Positions 10,413-21,664 of a stretch of DNA of 64,000 bases are shown here, piece after piece. Position numbers and translations under genes: made by a program. The stretch is from the IMG/VR virus record IMGVR_UViG_3300027763_000026, one strand, 5' to 3'. The notes under the pieces are model-generated. The model had not been told where the DNA came from and did not search any database. It saw nothing but the letters and a program-made list of their open reading frames with translations. Position 1 is the first letter of the stretch, and the number at the start of each line of letters is the position of its first letter. Source of the DNA: a virus.

Positions 10413-10880
10413 TCAATATACGGCAACTTTAACTATTTTAGGATTGCTATTGACAAATCTCATAGCTTCTTTTTCTGTCATAAAGAAAATGTCTATGATA
10501 GGATATTTTCCGTGACTAGCTTTTTTCTTGATAACATCTGTGCCAGTATCGTGAGCAACCCTAAAACCAAGATTAGGAATATAAAGTTTTGAAAAGTAAG
10601 GTATAATTCTAGGGTCTACCGCAACGCTCTTATTAGGTTTAAGAGTAGCACCAGTAGAGCTTTGTCTCTTTGCACTCCAAGAATCTGTATCAGAACCTCT
10701 TGCCCAATAAGCGGTTAAGCGAACTTTAATTTCTTTCGTAGGAGTATTAGTTTTAATAAAATTATCAACCATCTTATCTTTATTAAAAATGATAGGTTTA
10801 TGCGATGATGATGTTATTTCATTCTTGAATAAAATCCAAGAGGCTAATAACAAAACGGATATTCTACATAGTATTTTCAT
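10413..10880 (-). CDS. 3D-domain (MltA-like) cell-wall hydrolase with an N-terminal signal/anchor
   Basis: LTAYW...VAVDPRIIP...AHDTG...IDIF; GAGGA Shine-Dalgarno upstream. Confidence 0.8.
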   Translation of the reverse strand: MKILCRISVLLLASWILFKNEITSSSHKPIIFNKDKMVDNFIKTNTPTKEIKVRLTAYWARGSDTDSWSAKRQSSTGATLKPNKSVAVDPRIIPYFSKLYIPNLGFRVAHDTGTDVIKKKASHGKYPIIDIFFMTEKEAMRFVNSNPKIVKVAVY

Positions 10881-11045
10881 AACTTGTCCTCGACTTATTT
10901 AAGATTAATTTAAATTGATTAAAATGTCAAGCTAGATTAACTTCTTCTAGCGACTTGATAATTCCTTATGATTATTAGACTTCATAGTAAAATAGATTAC
11001 ACCCCTAAAGAATATTAATCCCTAAGAATGTAATCGTATTATACT

Positions 11046-11222
11046 TTATCTCGTTACGAGATCAGAGCTACGGAGCTTGCTAGTTAACTTACGCTTGTCA
11101 AAGGAACGCCAATGCCGAGCGTGTTGATTAACTTTATCAAGGACTTTTGCCTCACTAATGGTAATTGTACCATTTGTGTTGTCTGTCATCTTAACGAAGT
11201 ATGTTTTGGGTCTATTTGCCAT
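11046..11222 (-). CDS. 58-aa hypothetical protein, below the ORF-track cutoff
   Basis: MANRPKTYFVKMTDNTNGTITISEAKVLDKVNQHARHWRSFDKRKLTSKLRSSDLVTR; TTGACT-N17-CATAAT-N6-ATG. Confidence 0.6.
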   Translation of the reverse strand: MANRPKTYFVKMTDNTNGTITISEAKVLDKVNQHARHWRSFDKRKLTSKLRSSDLVTR

Positions 11223-11264
11223 AATTCTATTATGGCAAGGTTTAGCGATTAAGTCAATATTATT

Positions 11265-11504
11265 TTAAGGGGTAGAAGGAAGCAATTCTATTTCTATTAC
11301 TTCGTGAGGTGCGATTGGGGAAACTATGATTTCTAATTTGTCTGATTCTTTCAGATCATTAATAGAAATTAATTCTCCATTTTGCCTTTTTACTACCACC
11401 GATGGGTCAAGCTCCAATTCAATTCTTTTAATAATTGTGATATTATTACCTTCTTTTTTTCTTAAAGAACATTTAAATGGATTATTAAATGGTGTGTTTT
11501 TCAT
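11265..11504 (-). CDS. Hypothetical protein
   Basis: ORF; GTGTAA-N8-ATG upstream. Confidence 0.55.
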   Translation of the reverse strand: MKNTPFNNPFKCSLRKKEGNNITIIKRIELELDPSVVVKRQNGELISINDLKESDKLEIIVSPIAPHEVIEIELLPSTP

Positions 11505-11512
11505 AAATCATA

Positions 11513-11914
11513 TTACACTATTTTTTGGAAGTTGCCCTTAGAGTTGCTATAATAAACATTTTTAAAATTTAATTGAGTTATCATATCCATACATCCATTA
11601 CAAGGTGCAGAGTTATCTAATACATTATTCCTATTGATTCTAGTGTTAATAAGTGTTAAGTTACTGCAATCTTCTTCACCAAATCTTATCACAGCATTTA
11701 ACTCTGAATGAGTACCAACAATTTCACTAATCTTTTCATTAACTTTATTAATATAATTGTATTTTAAATTCATAGGATGAGTCTTAGAATTATTCATACC
11801 TATGCTAACAATTTTATTACGATCAAGTATAAAAGAAAAGTGTCTGCATCTTAAATCTGCATTATGCTTATTTATAAGAGCATAAGTAACCTCAATAATC
11901 TTATTGAAGTTCAT
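11513..11914 (-). CDS. Cytidine/dCMP-deaminase-family zinc protein
   Basis: HSE...APCNGC zinc motif. Confidence 0.75.
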   Translation of the reverse strand: MNFNKIIEVTYALINKHNADLRCRHFSFILDRNKIVSIGMNNSKTHPMNLKYNYINKVNEKISEIVGTHSELNAVIRFGEEDCSNLTLINTRINRNNVLDNSAPCNGCMDMITQLNFKNVYYSNSKGNFQKIV

Positions 11915-11918
11915 TTTA

Positions 11919-14552
11919 TTAGTCTTTTTTATCTAAATCTTCGTATTGTCTTTCAACTTCGTCTGCTTCTTTATCTAAATCTTCTTGCATTTCTTTTAAA
12001 TAACTATCAATCTTATCTAGGTCTGGAGCTTTTGGAGTATAAAAGTTACTAACATAATTTGTATTAGTGTTACCAAATAATATTCTGGTTATCAAATGAA
12101 TCCCAAATCCTTGAAGAATAGATAAATGGATATTTGAAATAGATTCAAAAAGATAATTCCAAACAAGAGCTACAATCGTTCCATAGATTAAACCAAATAA
12201 AATATATGTTGTGGCAAGATTTAAATAATCAATTTTTGGTAATTTCATTAAATTAACCTATTCATAAATATTGGAGTGTATTCTCCTGCATAAGAACCTA
12301 TTACATTATAATCAAAGTATTCAATAGCCTCTGTCTTTGGGTCATCTGATTCAGAAAATTGTTGCATTAGGATTCTAATACATTTATCACTACAATAAAT
12401 TGCAACTGGATTACCATTAAATGCTTGTCCAATGCCTAAAAAAGCCTTATCAAATCCATCAGCAAGTAAGATATCATCTTTATGGTCTGGATATTGCTCA
12501 TTAATAAACGATACGATTTTTTTAGAATGTTGTTGTGCTTTTAATTTCATCTTAAATATTTATACCAGAGTTCTACTTTTTAAGCAAGAACTATTCTTTA
12601 TCTAAATTTAATTCAATTTCTTCAATAGCCCAACGGATATAATCTAACGGAGTAGCATTTTTATTTTCGCCAGAGAGTTTATCTCCAGCAAGCATATCTT
12701 TGACTCTTTGTTCTAAATCTTCTAAGATTTGCCGTCTTTTCATTTTTGCCATTTCCTAAAAGATTCATATTGTTTTTGAGAACCATTAGCTAATATGAAA
12801 ACTACTTTTCCATCAGATAAACTTTTTTTAGCTTTTATTCTACAATTTTTTATTGGAACTACATCGCCAACTTTACCTAAATATTTTTTACTTTTCAATT
12901 CAAAAACATTATTGTTTTGGTCTTGAAACTCGTAGTAAAAACATTTTTCGAGCATATGATCTTCATATGCTTTTTTTCTATTGCGAAGCTCTTCGTGTTT
13001 TTTTAACATCCATTGATTTTCTATCAATGTTGGGTCATTTAAATTTAAATCTTTTTTTGGTTGCATATGTAAATGGACATTTTTTTCTGAGAGAATTTTA
13101 AAATCTCCATTTATAGTTTGTCCCATTTCGAAGTTATTATTCATATTCATTTTAAAAAAGTTTTAAGATTTCTTGTTAATGTATTTTTTAATCTTTTTTA
13201 CCAGAGATTCTACCTTTTCAAGTTCTTTCCAATTTACTCCAGATATATTCTTATGGTTCTCATCGTGCCATTTTACTAATGATTGCATATCATCTTCTAA
13301 ATCGTGCAATTCTTTATTTACTTTTGTTACCAATGCTTTTTGATTTTCCATATCACCCTAAAAATTTGCCCATTTTTATATTCTCTTCTTCTTCTTGTTC
13401 AAGAATATATTTAAATTTAATATAAAATTTATGAAGCTCTAAATCTCCTTGTAGACTTTGTTCAGTTGTGATATTTTCTTTTGCTTTATACCAAGCTACA
13501 AACTCTTTTATTGTGCGAACCGCTTTAACTTCTTCTTGCATATTCTATATACTAAGTTGAATTTATTTTTTATTCAAGTTTAATTTTGAATGATCTGCAA
13601 ACATTTTTGGGTTGTCTTTGTAAAGTTCTTCAAGACATTGTTTTGTAAATTCTCTTAAAAATTTTTCGTCTTTAATTGCATTTACAATCTTTTTAGCCAT
13701 TAAGCTGAAAGTCTTTTCTTCTTTTTCTAAACCCTTTTCTATTCGTGATTTCTCTGTCCTTTGCTTGCCCATAATTCTAATTACACATTAGAATTTAAAT
13801 TCAAACTGCTCTGCCATATATTTTGGGTTGGTTTCATACTTTTCAGAGTATAATTGACAAAGTTGAAAATCTGTTAGATTATTTAAATACCCTAGAATCC
13901 TATCCACAAGAGATACTGGATGCTCTTTAAGATATGCTCTTTTTAAGTCTGATAGGATTTTTGCTCTTGGATTAATCATTTTCCTTCTCCAACAAAAACT
14001 CTGGAATCATATCTTGCTTTGCGTTCTTATCTTCGATAACATCAATCCAGTCGGTGATATTACCATACTTCACCCCTTGCATTAAATCTTCGTAAAGACA
14101 TTCAATGGCTCGTTCAACCATTTCTTGATTGTCCATATCTACGATATAATTTAAATCCACGCAAACTCGTCCTAGTTTCATTTTGCGTTCTTATACTCCA
14201 TTATAAATTCACTAGCTTCTTCAAGAGCATTAACAAAGTGCATTGTTCTACAATCTTGAGGACAATCTTCGTCAGCTTGAATAACAAGTTCTTCTAGAAT
14301 TTTAATTGCTTTATCCATTTCTTTATTGTAAATCATTTTTGTTTAAAGTCAATTAAAACCCAATAGGGGTCTTTCATCTTGGCTAAACAACTCTATGATA
14401 CGAATATTACTTACCAAATGCCAATCATTATTTATTTTAATACATTTTTCCGCTGGAGAAATCTCTGATACCTTACCTTCTTGGATTGCGTGTCGATTTA
14501 TAGGAAAATTTATAAAAAGGATTTTACGATCTATTAAGTCTTTCAATTTCAT
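11919..14552 (-). other. Cluster of small hypothetical genes (11919-12248 membrane, 12248-12550 conserved phage protein, 12740-13150, 13163-13351, 13353-13541, 13563-13772, 13788-13979, 13972-14181, 14349-14552)
   Basis: ORF track, co-directional packing. Confidence 0.6.
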
Positions 14553-14721
14553 TTGTTTAAATCAGAGTAATACACATCAATCTTATCTTTGAGTTCGAGT
14601 AGTTTATTGCCAGCATCCCAAGATATAGAAAAATCATCCATAGCTTTTTGATCGTCAAGAAGTTCGCTTGCTAAAGCTAAAGCTAACTCTAATTCCGCAT
14701 CAGTAAAAAAAGATGTTACTT

Positions 14722-15354
14722 TCATAGTTCCAGTTCAGTAGTGTAGTTGAAATTTATAAAATCTTCAAGAAAAAACTCTTTAACGATTTTTATGTTTTTT
14801 TGATCGTAGACATCTTTTTTTGAAATAAAATCTATTGAAGCGTTTAGCTTGGGAAGGTCTTTTATTTCTTCATTTAAATTTTCATATTTAATAATTTTTA
14901 TACTTGAATCTATTTTTTTATTTTCATTTAATAAAAAATCAGTTTGAGATCGGCGTATAAAAAATGCTTTATTTTTCAAATATAAATTTAAATATTGATT
15001 AAATTTTTTAAATTCATTATCCAACAATAAAATTTCAGAATTAATTTCTGCTTTATAGATATGATATTTATAATAAGAAAAAATTCTATCGTATGGATTT
15101 CTTACAATAGTGAATATTTTATATTCATTATTTTTTATATGTTTCTGGTATCCTTTAAAGTCCAAATGAGCAAATTTAAGAGCTTGGGGAAGAGTTTTCT
15201 TTGAAGCTTCTCTCAAAATTTTTGGGTCAACATCTGATATACTATCATATTTTTGATTATCAGAATCGGGAAGGGAATATTTGACTAAAACGCTAGTGCC
15301 AGCGGTTCTAGGTATATGTATAAAAATCAATTTTTGTTGCTGGAAAATTGGCAT
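14722..15354 (-). CDS. Sulfotransferase family 2 protein
   Basis: FIHIPRTAGTS (5'-PSB) and FTIVRNPYDRIFSYY (3'-PB). Confidence 0.8.
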   Translation of the reverse strand: MPIFQQQKLIFIHIPRTAGTSVLVKYSLPDSDNQKYDSISDVDPKILREASKKTLPQALKFAHLDFKGYQKHIKNNEYKIFTIVRNPYDRIFSYYKYHIYKAEINSEILLLDNEFKKFNQYLNLYLKNKAFFIRRSQTDFLLNENKKIDSSIKIIKYENLNEEIKDLPKLNASIDFISKKDVYDQKNIKIVKEFFLEDFINFNYTTELEL

Positions 15355-15355
15355 T

Positions 15356-16030
15356 TTAAAATGGTTTTAAAACATAACCCCAATAATCGCTATCAGTTTT
15401 CTTCTGAATGTCATCCCACATAATACATCTAGCAATATAAGATGGAACATTTAATTTGTCGCAGTTATCAACCCAATGCTTTTCCATAGCTTTGTATTTT
15501 GCAACGCCAATTTTTGATTTGCTATACTTTAAATTCTCCATACCATAAAAGCGAAGATGGTGAACATCACCACATAAAACTCTTGTTAAAATAGGAGTAA
15601 TCATCTCAAGTGCAAAACTTACCTTTGCGTAGCTCAAGCCACGAATACGCTCCACAAGGCTATCACGAACCTTTACATAATGTTTTTTATTGTAGCAAGC
15701 GAAGTCTTTAGGGTTCTGCCAGAAATCTTTTGCGAAGTCCCAAATGTAATCTGTGCGTTCATTTTGACAACCAACACCAGAACGAGTAAGACGCTTCAAC
15801 AATTCTTTACGATTATACCTCCAATAAACAAAATCACGAATAGCCATATAGCCTCTGATATTACCTTCCCAAGTGGTATGAACAGAGCAGAAGGCAAAAA
15901 GCCAACGCCGAAAAATATCATCTTGAGTGGTAGGCTTAACGCTTTCCCAATATTGCTTGTAGGCTTCTACCTTATGACTATGAAGGTCATTGAAGGTGGC
16001 GAAAAACTGATCTGGTTTAGTTGTATCCAT
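15356..16030 (-). CDS. HhH-superfamily DNA glycosylase, OGG-like
   Basis: IRGLSYAKVSFALEM HhH-like segment and LCGDVHHLR with conserved Asp. Confidence 0.6.
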   Translation of the reverse strand: MDTTKPDQFFATFNDLHSHKVEAYKQYWESVKPTTQDDIFRRWLFAFCSVHTTWEGNIRGYMAIRDFVYWRYNRKELLKRLTRSGVGCQNERTDYIWDFAKDFWQNPKDFACYNKKHYVKVRDSLVERIRGLSYAKVSFALEMITPILTRVLCGDVHHLRFYGMENLKYSKSKIGVAKYKAMEKHWVDNCDKLNVPSYIARCIMWDDIQKKTDSDYWGYVLKPF

Positions 16031-16060
16031 ATCTCAAATATAATTGAATTTTAATTAAAG

Positions 16061-16777
16061 TCAAAGAAAATCTTTTTCTGTAATAGGATTCAACAATCCT
16101 CGCTGTATAGACCATTCTTCCCATTTATTTATATTTGAAATAACCTCATCTAAATCTTCGACTTTAAAAAGTTTCGCTTTTTCAGCTTCATTTAGTTCAT
16201 ATACTTGATTGTGTTTTTTAGATTGGACATCTATCTTATTGACATTAAACAATTTGCACAAATCCTCTTCTAAAGAATCGAACCTAATAAAGTTAACATT
16301 TTGAGGTATTTCTCCATTTATAGTAAAAAAACTTTTTGTATTTCTCAAAAATCTATGCTTTCCTAATTCACTTGTAAAAGACTGAAAACAATCTAAACAC
16401 TTGCCTTTGATATAATTAAATTTATAAAGAGATTTTGCTCGGTCTAAAGGATTTCTCAAGCAAGTTATTATTTTTTTGCTCTTAAAGTCTGGTAAGCCTT
16501 TTTTATCTATTGGCGTTTGATCTTTAAATATAATTGAAGTATTTTTATAAAAATCTACTAAACTCTTATCTTGATTAATATGATAAATTTCTTCCAAAGA
16601 AAGATGTACCGCATTAATTTCTATTTCATTAAAGTGATTTTTATTGAAAAAATTTTCATTGATATTCCTTTGGGCTAGGTATATAGGCTGTTCAAGCAAA
16701 GGGATTATCGCACTTTTAATACATTTTCCAGCACTTCTTGGTATATGTATAAACAAATAATCTTTATTGTATAACAT
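16061..16777 (-). CDS. Sulfotransferase family 2 protein
   Basis: FIHIPRSAG and ITCLRNPLDRAKSLY. Confidence 0.75.
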   Translation of the reverse strand: MLYNKDYLFIHIPRSAGKCIKSAIIPLLEQPIYLAQRNINENFFNKNHFNEIEINAVHLSLEEIYHINQDKSLVDFYKNTSIIFKDQTPIDKKGLPDFKSKKIITCLRNPLDRAKSLYKFNYIKGKCLDCFQSFTSELGKHRFLRNTKSFFTINGEIPQNVNFIRFDSLEEDLCKLFNVNKIDVQSKKHNQVYELNEAEKAKLFKVEDLDEVISNINKWEEWSIQRGLLNPITEKDFL

Positions 16778-19700
16778 TATTTGCCGTCATTTTCCATCCA
16801 ATTCCTTGCGTGATAAGGACTTGGGAAGGTTTTTAATAATTTAGCATCAATGAAATCAACATTAGGGTAATTATCTTTACGAGTTTCCTCGTAAGCTCCC
16901 CATAATTCAAGATCATTTCCAAATTCATCTTCTAATTGTTTTATGTATCTAATTACTTTCATAGTTATCTAGAAAAGCGTCTGCATCCTTTAGCTTTTTA
17001 AATGTTTTAACTTTGATAGTTTTAACTAATGGAGTTTTATAGATTGACCAACCTTGCACAAGATTTCCGTCTTTATCCTTGTCTTGTTCTATATAATATG
17101 TATATTTGATTTTACTCATAAAACAACAATATTAATTTTTGCGTTTAGCTTATAAACTCGATTGCCTTGTTTTTCATCGGGGTCATTAATTGTATTCCGC
17201 TTTTTAGCGGAAAAGTCATAAGCCTTGCCATCTCCTAAATCTAGAATATTTACGCTAGTAGTATTAGGAACTTTAATCTTCATATATATTGAGTGATTGC
17301 CTCTCTGAACAGATTCGGGGTCAAAGAAAGAAAAAACTTCTCCTTCTTTTATCTGGTCAAATTCAGTTAGTGCTTCTTTGTCTTGCGATGTTATTGTGTA
17401 TTTCATAAATTTTTAAAATGGTCTAAAGTTATACATCCTTTCAGCTATCTTACTTATATTTGATTTGTTTGTCAAACTGAATCCATATTTTTTCTTAAAT
17501 TTTTGTAATTTTTTAGGATTCATATTCTGTTTTTCAAAATCGCCAACCGAGCTTTCATCAGTCACAAGGTATTCGCCTTTTTTAAAATCAAATAAATCCA
17601 TTATTTCTTGCACTTGATCTGGATACTTGTCTACTACTGCTGAACCAGCAAACTCAATAATTTCACCATCGTATGAAATTAATTTTCCTTTAGTGAAGTC
17701 GTATCTAGGTTTCATTATCTATTCCATTGAAACTCAAAAATCCAACCTAACCAATTAAATCCACATTCAGTAAAGTATTTGCCATTCATATAAAAAAATT
17801 TAGGCAATAATTTAAATTGAAATGAATTTAAAATATAAAGTCCCATACCTTTAAATGTGATACGATAGTAGACTTTACTAACGAACCTACCTTGAGCCTT
17901 CATCTCTTTCTCAAACTCTTCGCTTGTCACTTCTTTTTTCCGCTTTTTTATCTTCTTCATATACTTTTTTAAGTAATTTATTTACATCGCTTGCTAATTG
18001 ATATAAAGATTGATTGATTCCAGTTAAGTTTTTGTTAACATCTACTAATATTTGTTCTTGAATTGTCATAATTTAATCCCATAAGTCTTTAAAGTAAAGT
18101 CCGAGCAAAAGAAGTCCATTCCTTTGACGCTCATAGGCTTTATTTAATTTTGAGTAATCTGGTTGAATATTATTCTTGCTTTCAAACTCAACCAAACTTG
18201 TTCCGTCTCCTTGAGGAGTCAGAAACATTTGTCTATCTTCGATAGGGTCGAATCCCTTTGGATAAACTTCATAGAGTCTATCTAAATTAATATCTATGTT
18301 ATCCTCATCTACTATCATTTGTAGCGAGAATATAATCTCATCTAAAACATATTCATATTCTTTTTTATCTAAAGAAATTTCCATACCAGTTGTTTTATCT
18401 TTATAACATCCAAGTTTTTTATTAAATTCAAAATTATCCTGCTCTCCAACATAAGGCACAATCTTACCATCTATAACTAAATGATGACGATTAGCAAGAC
18501 TATGATAGTTTTGTCGAAGATGTTTGATTCTTGGAAGTATAAACTTTGCGATGGCTTGGGGCAGATTCCAACAATCACTATCAGAATATCCACGAATTAA
18601 TCTTTGAAGTTTATTCTTTAATCCCCACTTAACATTAAAATAAGTATGAGAGTAATAATTGACCTCACCTAGAAACCAATTTATAATAGGATTCTTGTGA
18701 AATCTAAAAGACCGCATCAATTCTTCAAATGTTTTTCTTTCGCTCATAACTTATTTAATGTCTGTCTTACTGAGTCTAAAACTTCTTTAAGGTCTTGTAA
18801 AGAAAATGATTTAAGTCCACCATTGAAACTATAACCTTCTTTGTCTTTATTAAAAGTAACTATTAGTTTAGTTTCAGCAAAAGTATAATTGCTTCCATTC
18901 CAAGAGCTTCCTTGAGCTTCTTTCCCATAAAAATATGCGGTTGCCGTTGGGTTTTTATCATTAAGATTATACATACGAATAGTTACTGCATCACAAGGAA
19001 ATTTATCCGTGGATGTTTTATTGATAATTTGTGCAGATGGGACAACGCCCTTAACTCTACTATTCTTTTCCCAAAATATTTTATGTTTCATAATCCTTGC
19101 TCCTTACATTTTTCTTCGTAATCTTTTACAATTTTATAATCATCCCAACGCCCAGCGTTGGCTAGAATATTACTTGTAAGCATTACTCGATGTTCTCCCT
19201 CTTTTTTACTATGCTTTTCATCATATGTCAAGGTAATTAAACCTAATCCATAATCATCATAGTCTAAAACTTTTAAATCTACTCCTTCTTTCTCTTCTTG
19301 ATCTAAAAGAGATTCGATTGCTCTTGTGGTAGCTTCTGTATATCTATCAGACTTTTTAACATCTTTATCTAAGGCTACTTTAGCTAACCAATTATGTCCA
19401 CTTACAAAAAAGTTCATATTAGTATGCAAAATTATCGTCTCCATCATCTTCATCATCTTCAAAATCATAAGATTTTTCTTGATCTTCTTTTAATCTAAAC
19501 CAGATATTGACTTTATCTTTAATTTGCTTGTGTTTCATATTAACAAACTCTAATGGGCAATTTTCTAATCGTGCCATTATGATTTCTGCAAATTGAACAT
19601 CTGTATTAATAAATAAACTTGCATCGCTTTCAACCCATTCATATGATTCAGCATATTCTTCGCAAATCGTTTGAATTTTGGGATGCAGTTTCATAAGTCT

Positions 19701-20070
19701 TTTAAATCAATTTTTTCTACATCTTCTACTTCATTATTAACTTTGCCACGAATTTCAGCTAACAGATTAACTACTGAGTCTAAATCGTGTTCGCTAGAAT
19801 CACTCGTATCAAAATCAATTAGCTCTTGGATATTTATAATATCTTCAATTACTAAATCAATTTTATCAATTATTTTCTTTTTCATTTGTCTTGAGTCTCC
19901 ATTTTTAGATTATCTAACTCTTTCTCATTTAAGTCAAGAGCAGAAGGATGAATTGTTAGTGTCATATCTAGATGAGGCACAAAACAATAAAACATTTTAA
20001 TATTACTATCATAGCTTAAAACTTCCATTGGAGTTCCATATTTAATTGTTTTAACATTAAACTTTTTCAA
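16777..20070 (-). other. Cluster of hypothetical genes (16777-16962, 17116-17406, 17413-17715, 17715-17960, 18073-18747, 18744-19091, 19088-19468, 19419-19694, 19691-19885, 19882-20070)
   Basis: ORF track, overlapping start/stop codons. Confidence 0.6.
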
Positions 20071-20992
20071 GATGCTCCTTATGATAATCCGAGCCTCTTT
20101 TAGTTAAAGCTCTACCAGTAGGGCGAATTTCAATTAAACTATTTCTCATAAGATAAAGTTCAACATTCTTTTGGAGCATATCTCTGGTAAGATTAGTTTT
20201 AGCAGAAAGATTAGTTAATCTTAACTCTCCGTGTTCTTTTAAAATTTTAATTACATTAAGTTCAATTTCTGATAAGCCAAGAGGGTAGATAGACAACTTG
20301 CCCTTAATCTCGCTCCAACCTCCGCTAGTGAGTTTATTGGATTTTTTACTGCTCAAATAAGAGGATATTTGATTTGCCATAGACTGAGCTTGCCTAGCGT
20401 TTCCACGGCAAACACTAGCGATCTCATTAATAATATTTTCCTCGATAAACTGGCTTTTTGATTTTAAATTGTTTTGAATGATCTGGCCTAATTGAACATA
20501 AGAATAATCTTCCATATCAATTCTATATAACCTATCAGCAAGTGCGTGGAAAATCTTTTGAGCCTCTGTTGTGCAAAAGATAAAGGAGTTTTGATTGAAT
20601 CTAAAAGTATAAGTGCCATCTTCAAAAGTAAATTCATTAGAGTTATTTTGATTAGGATTCAATATAGTAAGAAGTGCCATAGTAACATCTCTTGGCAGTT
20701 CACTAGCCTCATCAAATATAATTGTGGTATCTTTATCATAAACATAAGGTAGCATAATTTGATTAAAGAAACTTTTAACATTCTTTATCGTAGAGCAATT
20801 AACAATTACATTTCTTTCTCGTTTCATTATCTTGCTCGTCTCTTGAGCGATAAGAGTTTTTCCGCATCCTCTTGGAGCAACGAAAAGTAAATGAGGCATC
20901 ACCTTAGTCTGATTGAATCCTTCCAATAAGAAGTTTAGCTTGCCTTTTGTTTTTTCTTGTCCAATGATCTGTGAATAATTTTGTTGTGCCAT
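20057..20992 (-). CDS. ruvB: RuvB-like Holliday-junction branch-migration AAA+ ATPase (start refined to MAQQ at 20992)
   Basis: IIGQ, Walker A APRGCGKT, Walker B FDEA, CTT, DRL, RGNARQA, C-terminal wHTH ...VELYLMRNSLIEIRPTGRALT; TTGCTC-N17-TATAAA-N6-ATG. Confidence 0.8.
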   Translation of the reverse strand: MAQQNYSQIIGQEKTKGKLNFLLEGFNQTKVMPHLLFVAPRGCGKTLIAQETSKIMKRERNVIVNCSTIKNVKSFFNQIMLPYVYDKDTTIIFDEASELPRDVTMALLTILNPNQNNSNEFTFEDGTYTFRFNQNSFIFCTTEAQKIFHALADRLYRIDMEDYSYVQLGQIIQNNLKSKSQFIEENIINEIASVCRGNARQAQSMANQISSYLSSKKSNKLTSGGWSEIKGKLSIYPLGLSEIELNVIKILKEHGELRLTNLSAKTNLTRDMLQKNVELYLMRNSLIEIRPTGRALTKRGSDYHKEHLEKV

Positions 20993-21036
20993 ATTTCCTT
21001 TATACAAGGGATTTTTTTCTGGAGCAAGAACTTTCT

Positions 21037-21664
21037 TTAACTTACTTGAAAATCAATGGGTTGCTGAATACTATCGTAGGTTTTAGTGGTAACTTCTTTT
21101 TCAATTCCTCTAATACTTAAATTGTCTGCAAATTTCTTTGATACGATAATGATTGCATCTTGCTTTAAGACTTTATTTAATTCCGCAAGAGGAATCATAG
21201 AAAAACAAAACGAACCTTTCTTGCGTCCTCTGGTAGATTTCATTGTTCGTCCTCCGTACTAGCTTCTCTCATAGCATTTAATAGATCATACTTTAATGAT
21301 TCTAAAACTCCAATAGCTTGAAATGCTGTCATATCACTTTCTTTAGCATATCTTACGATATCTTTAAAAAGAGTTTCTCGTAATTGATTTCCAGCATCAC
21401 AATTAAAATTATTTTCTTCACTCATAAATTAAACTTGCTTACTTTAACTCCAAATCCAAATAAAGTCAAGCTAAATATTTTTCCGTATTCATATAATTCA
21501 AATGATATGTCTGTGCTTAAATTGAATTTAAATCCAAACCATTTATTATCATCTTCATTTTTATAACCGAGAGAGATGGTCGGTAGGGTAAATCTAATTT
21601 CAAGATTATTATTCCTACCAAACCATCTCCCTATGCACCAATCAATGTGCAAACCTAATTTCAT
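21037..21664 (-). other. Three small hypothetical genes (21037-21243, 21240-21425, 21422-21664)
   Basis: ORF track. Confidence 0.55.
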
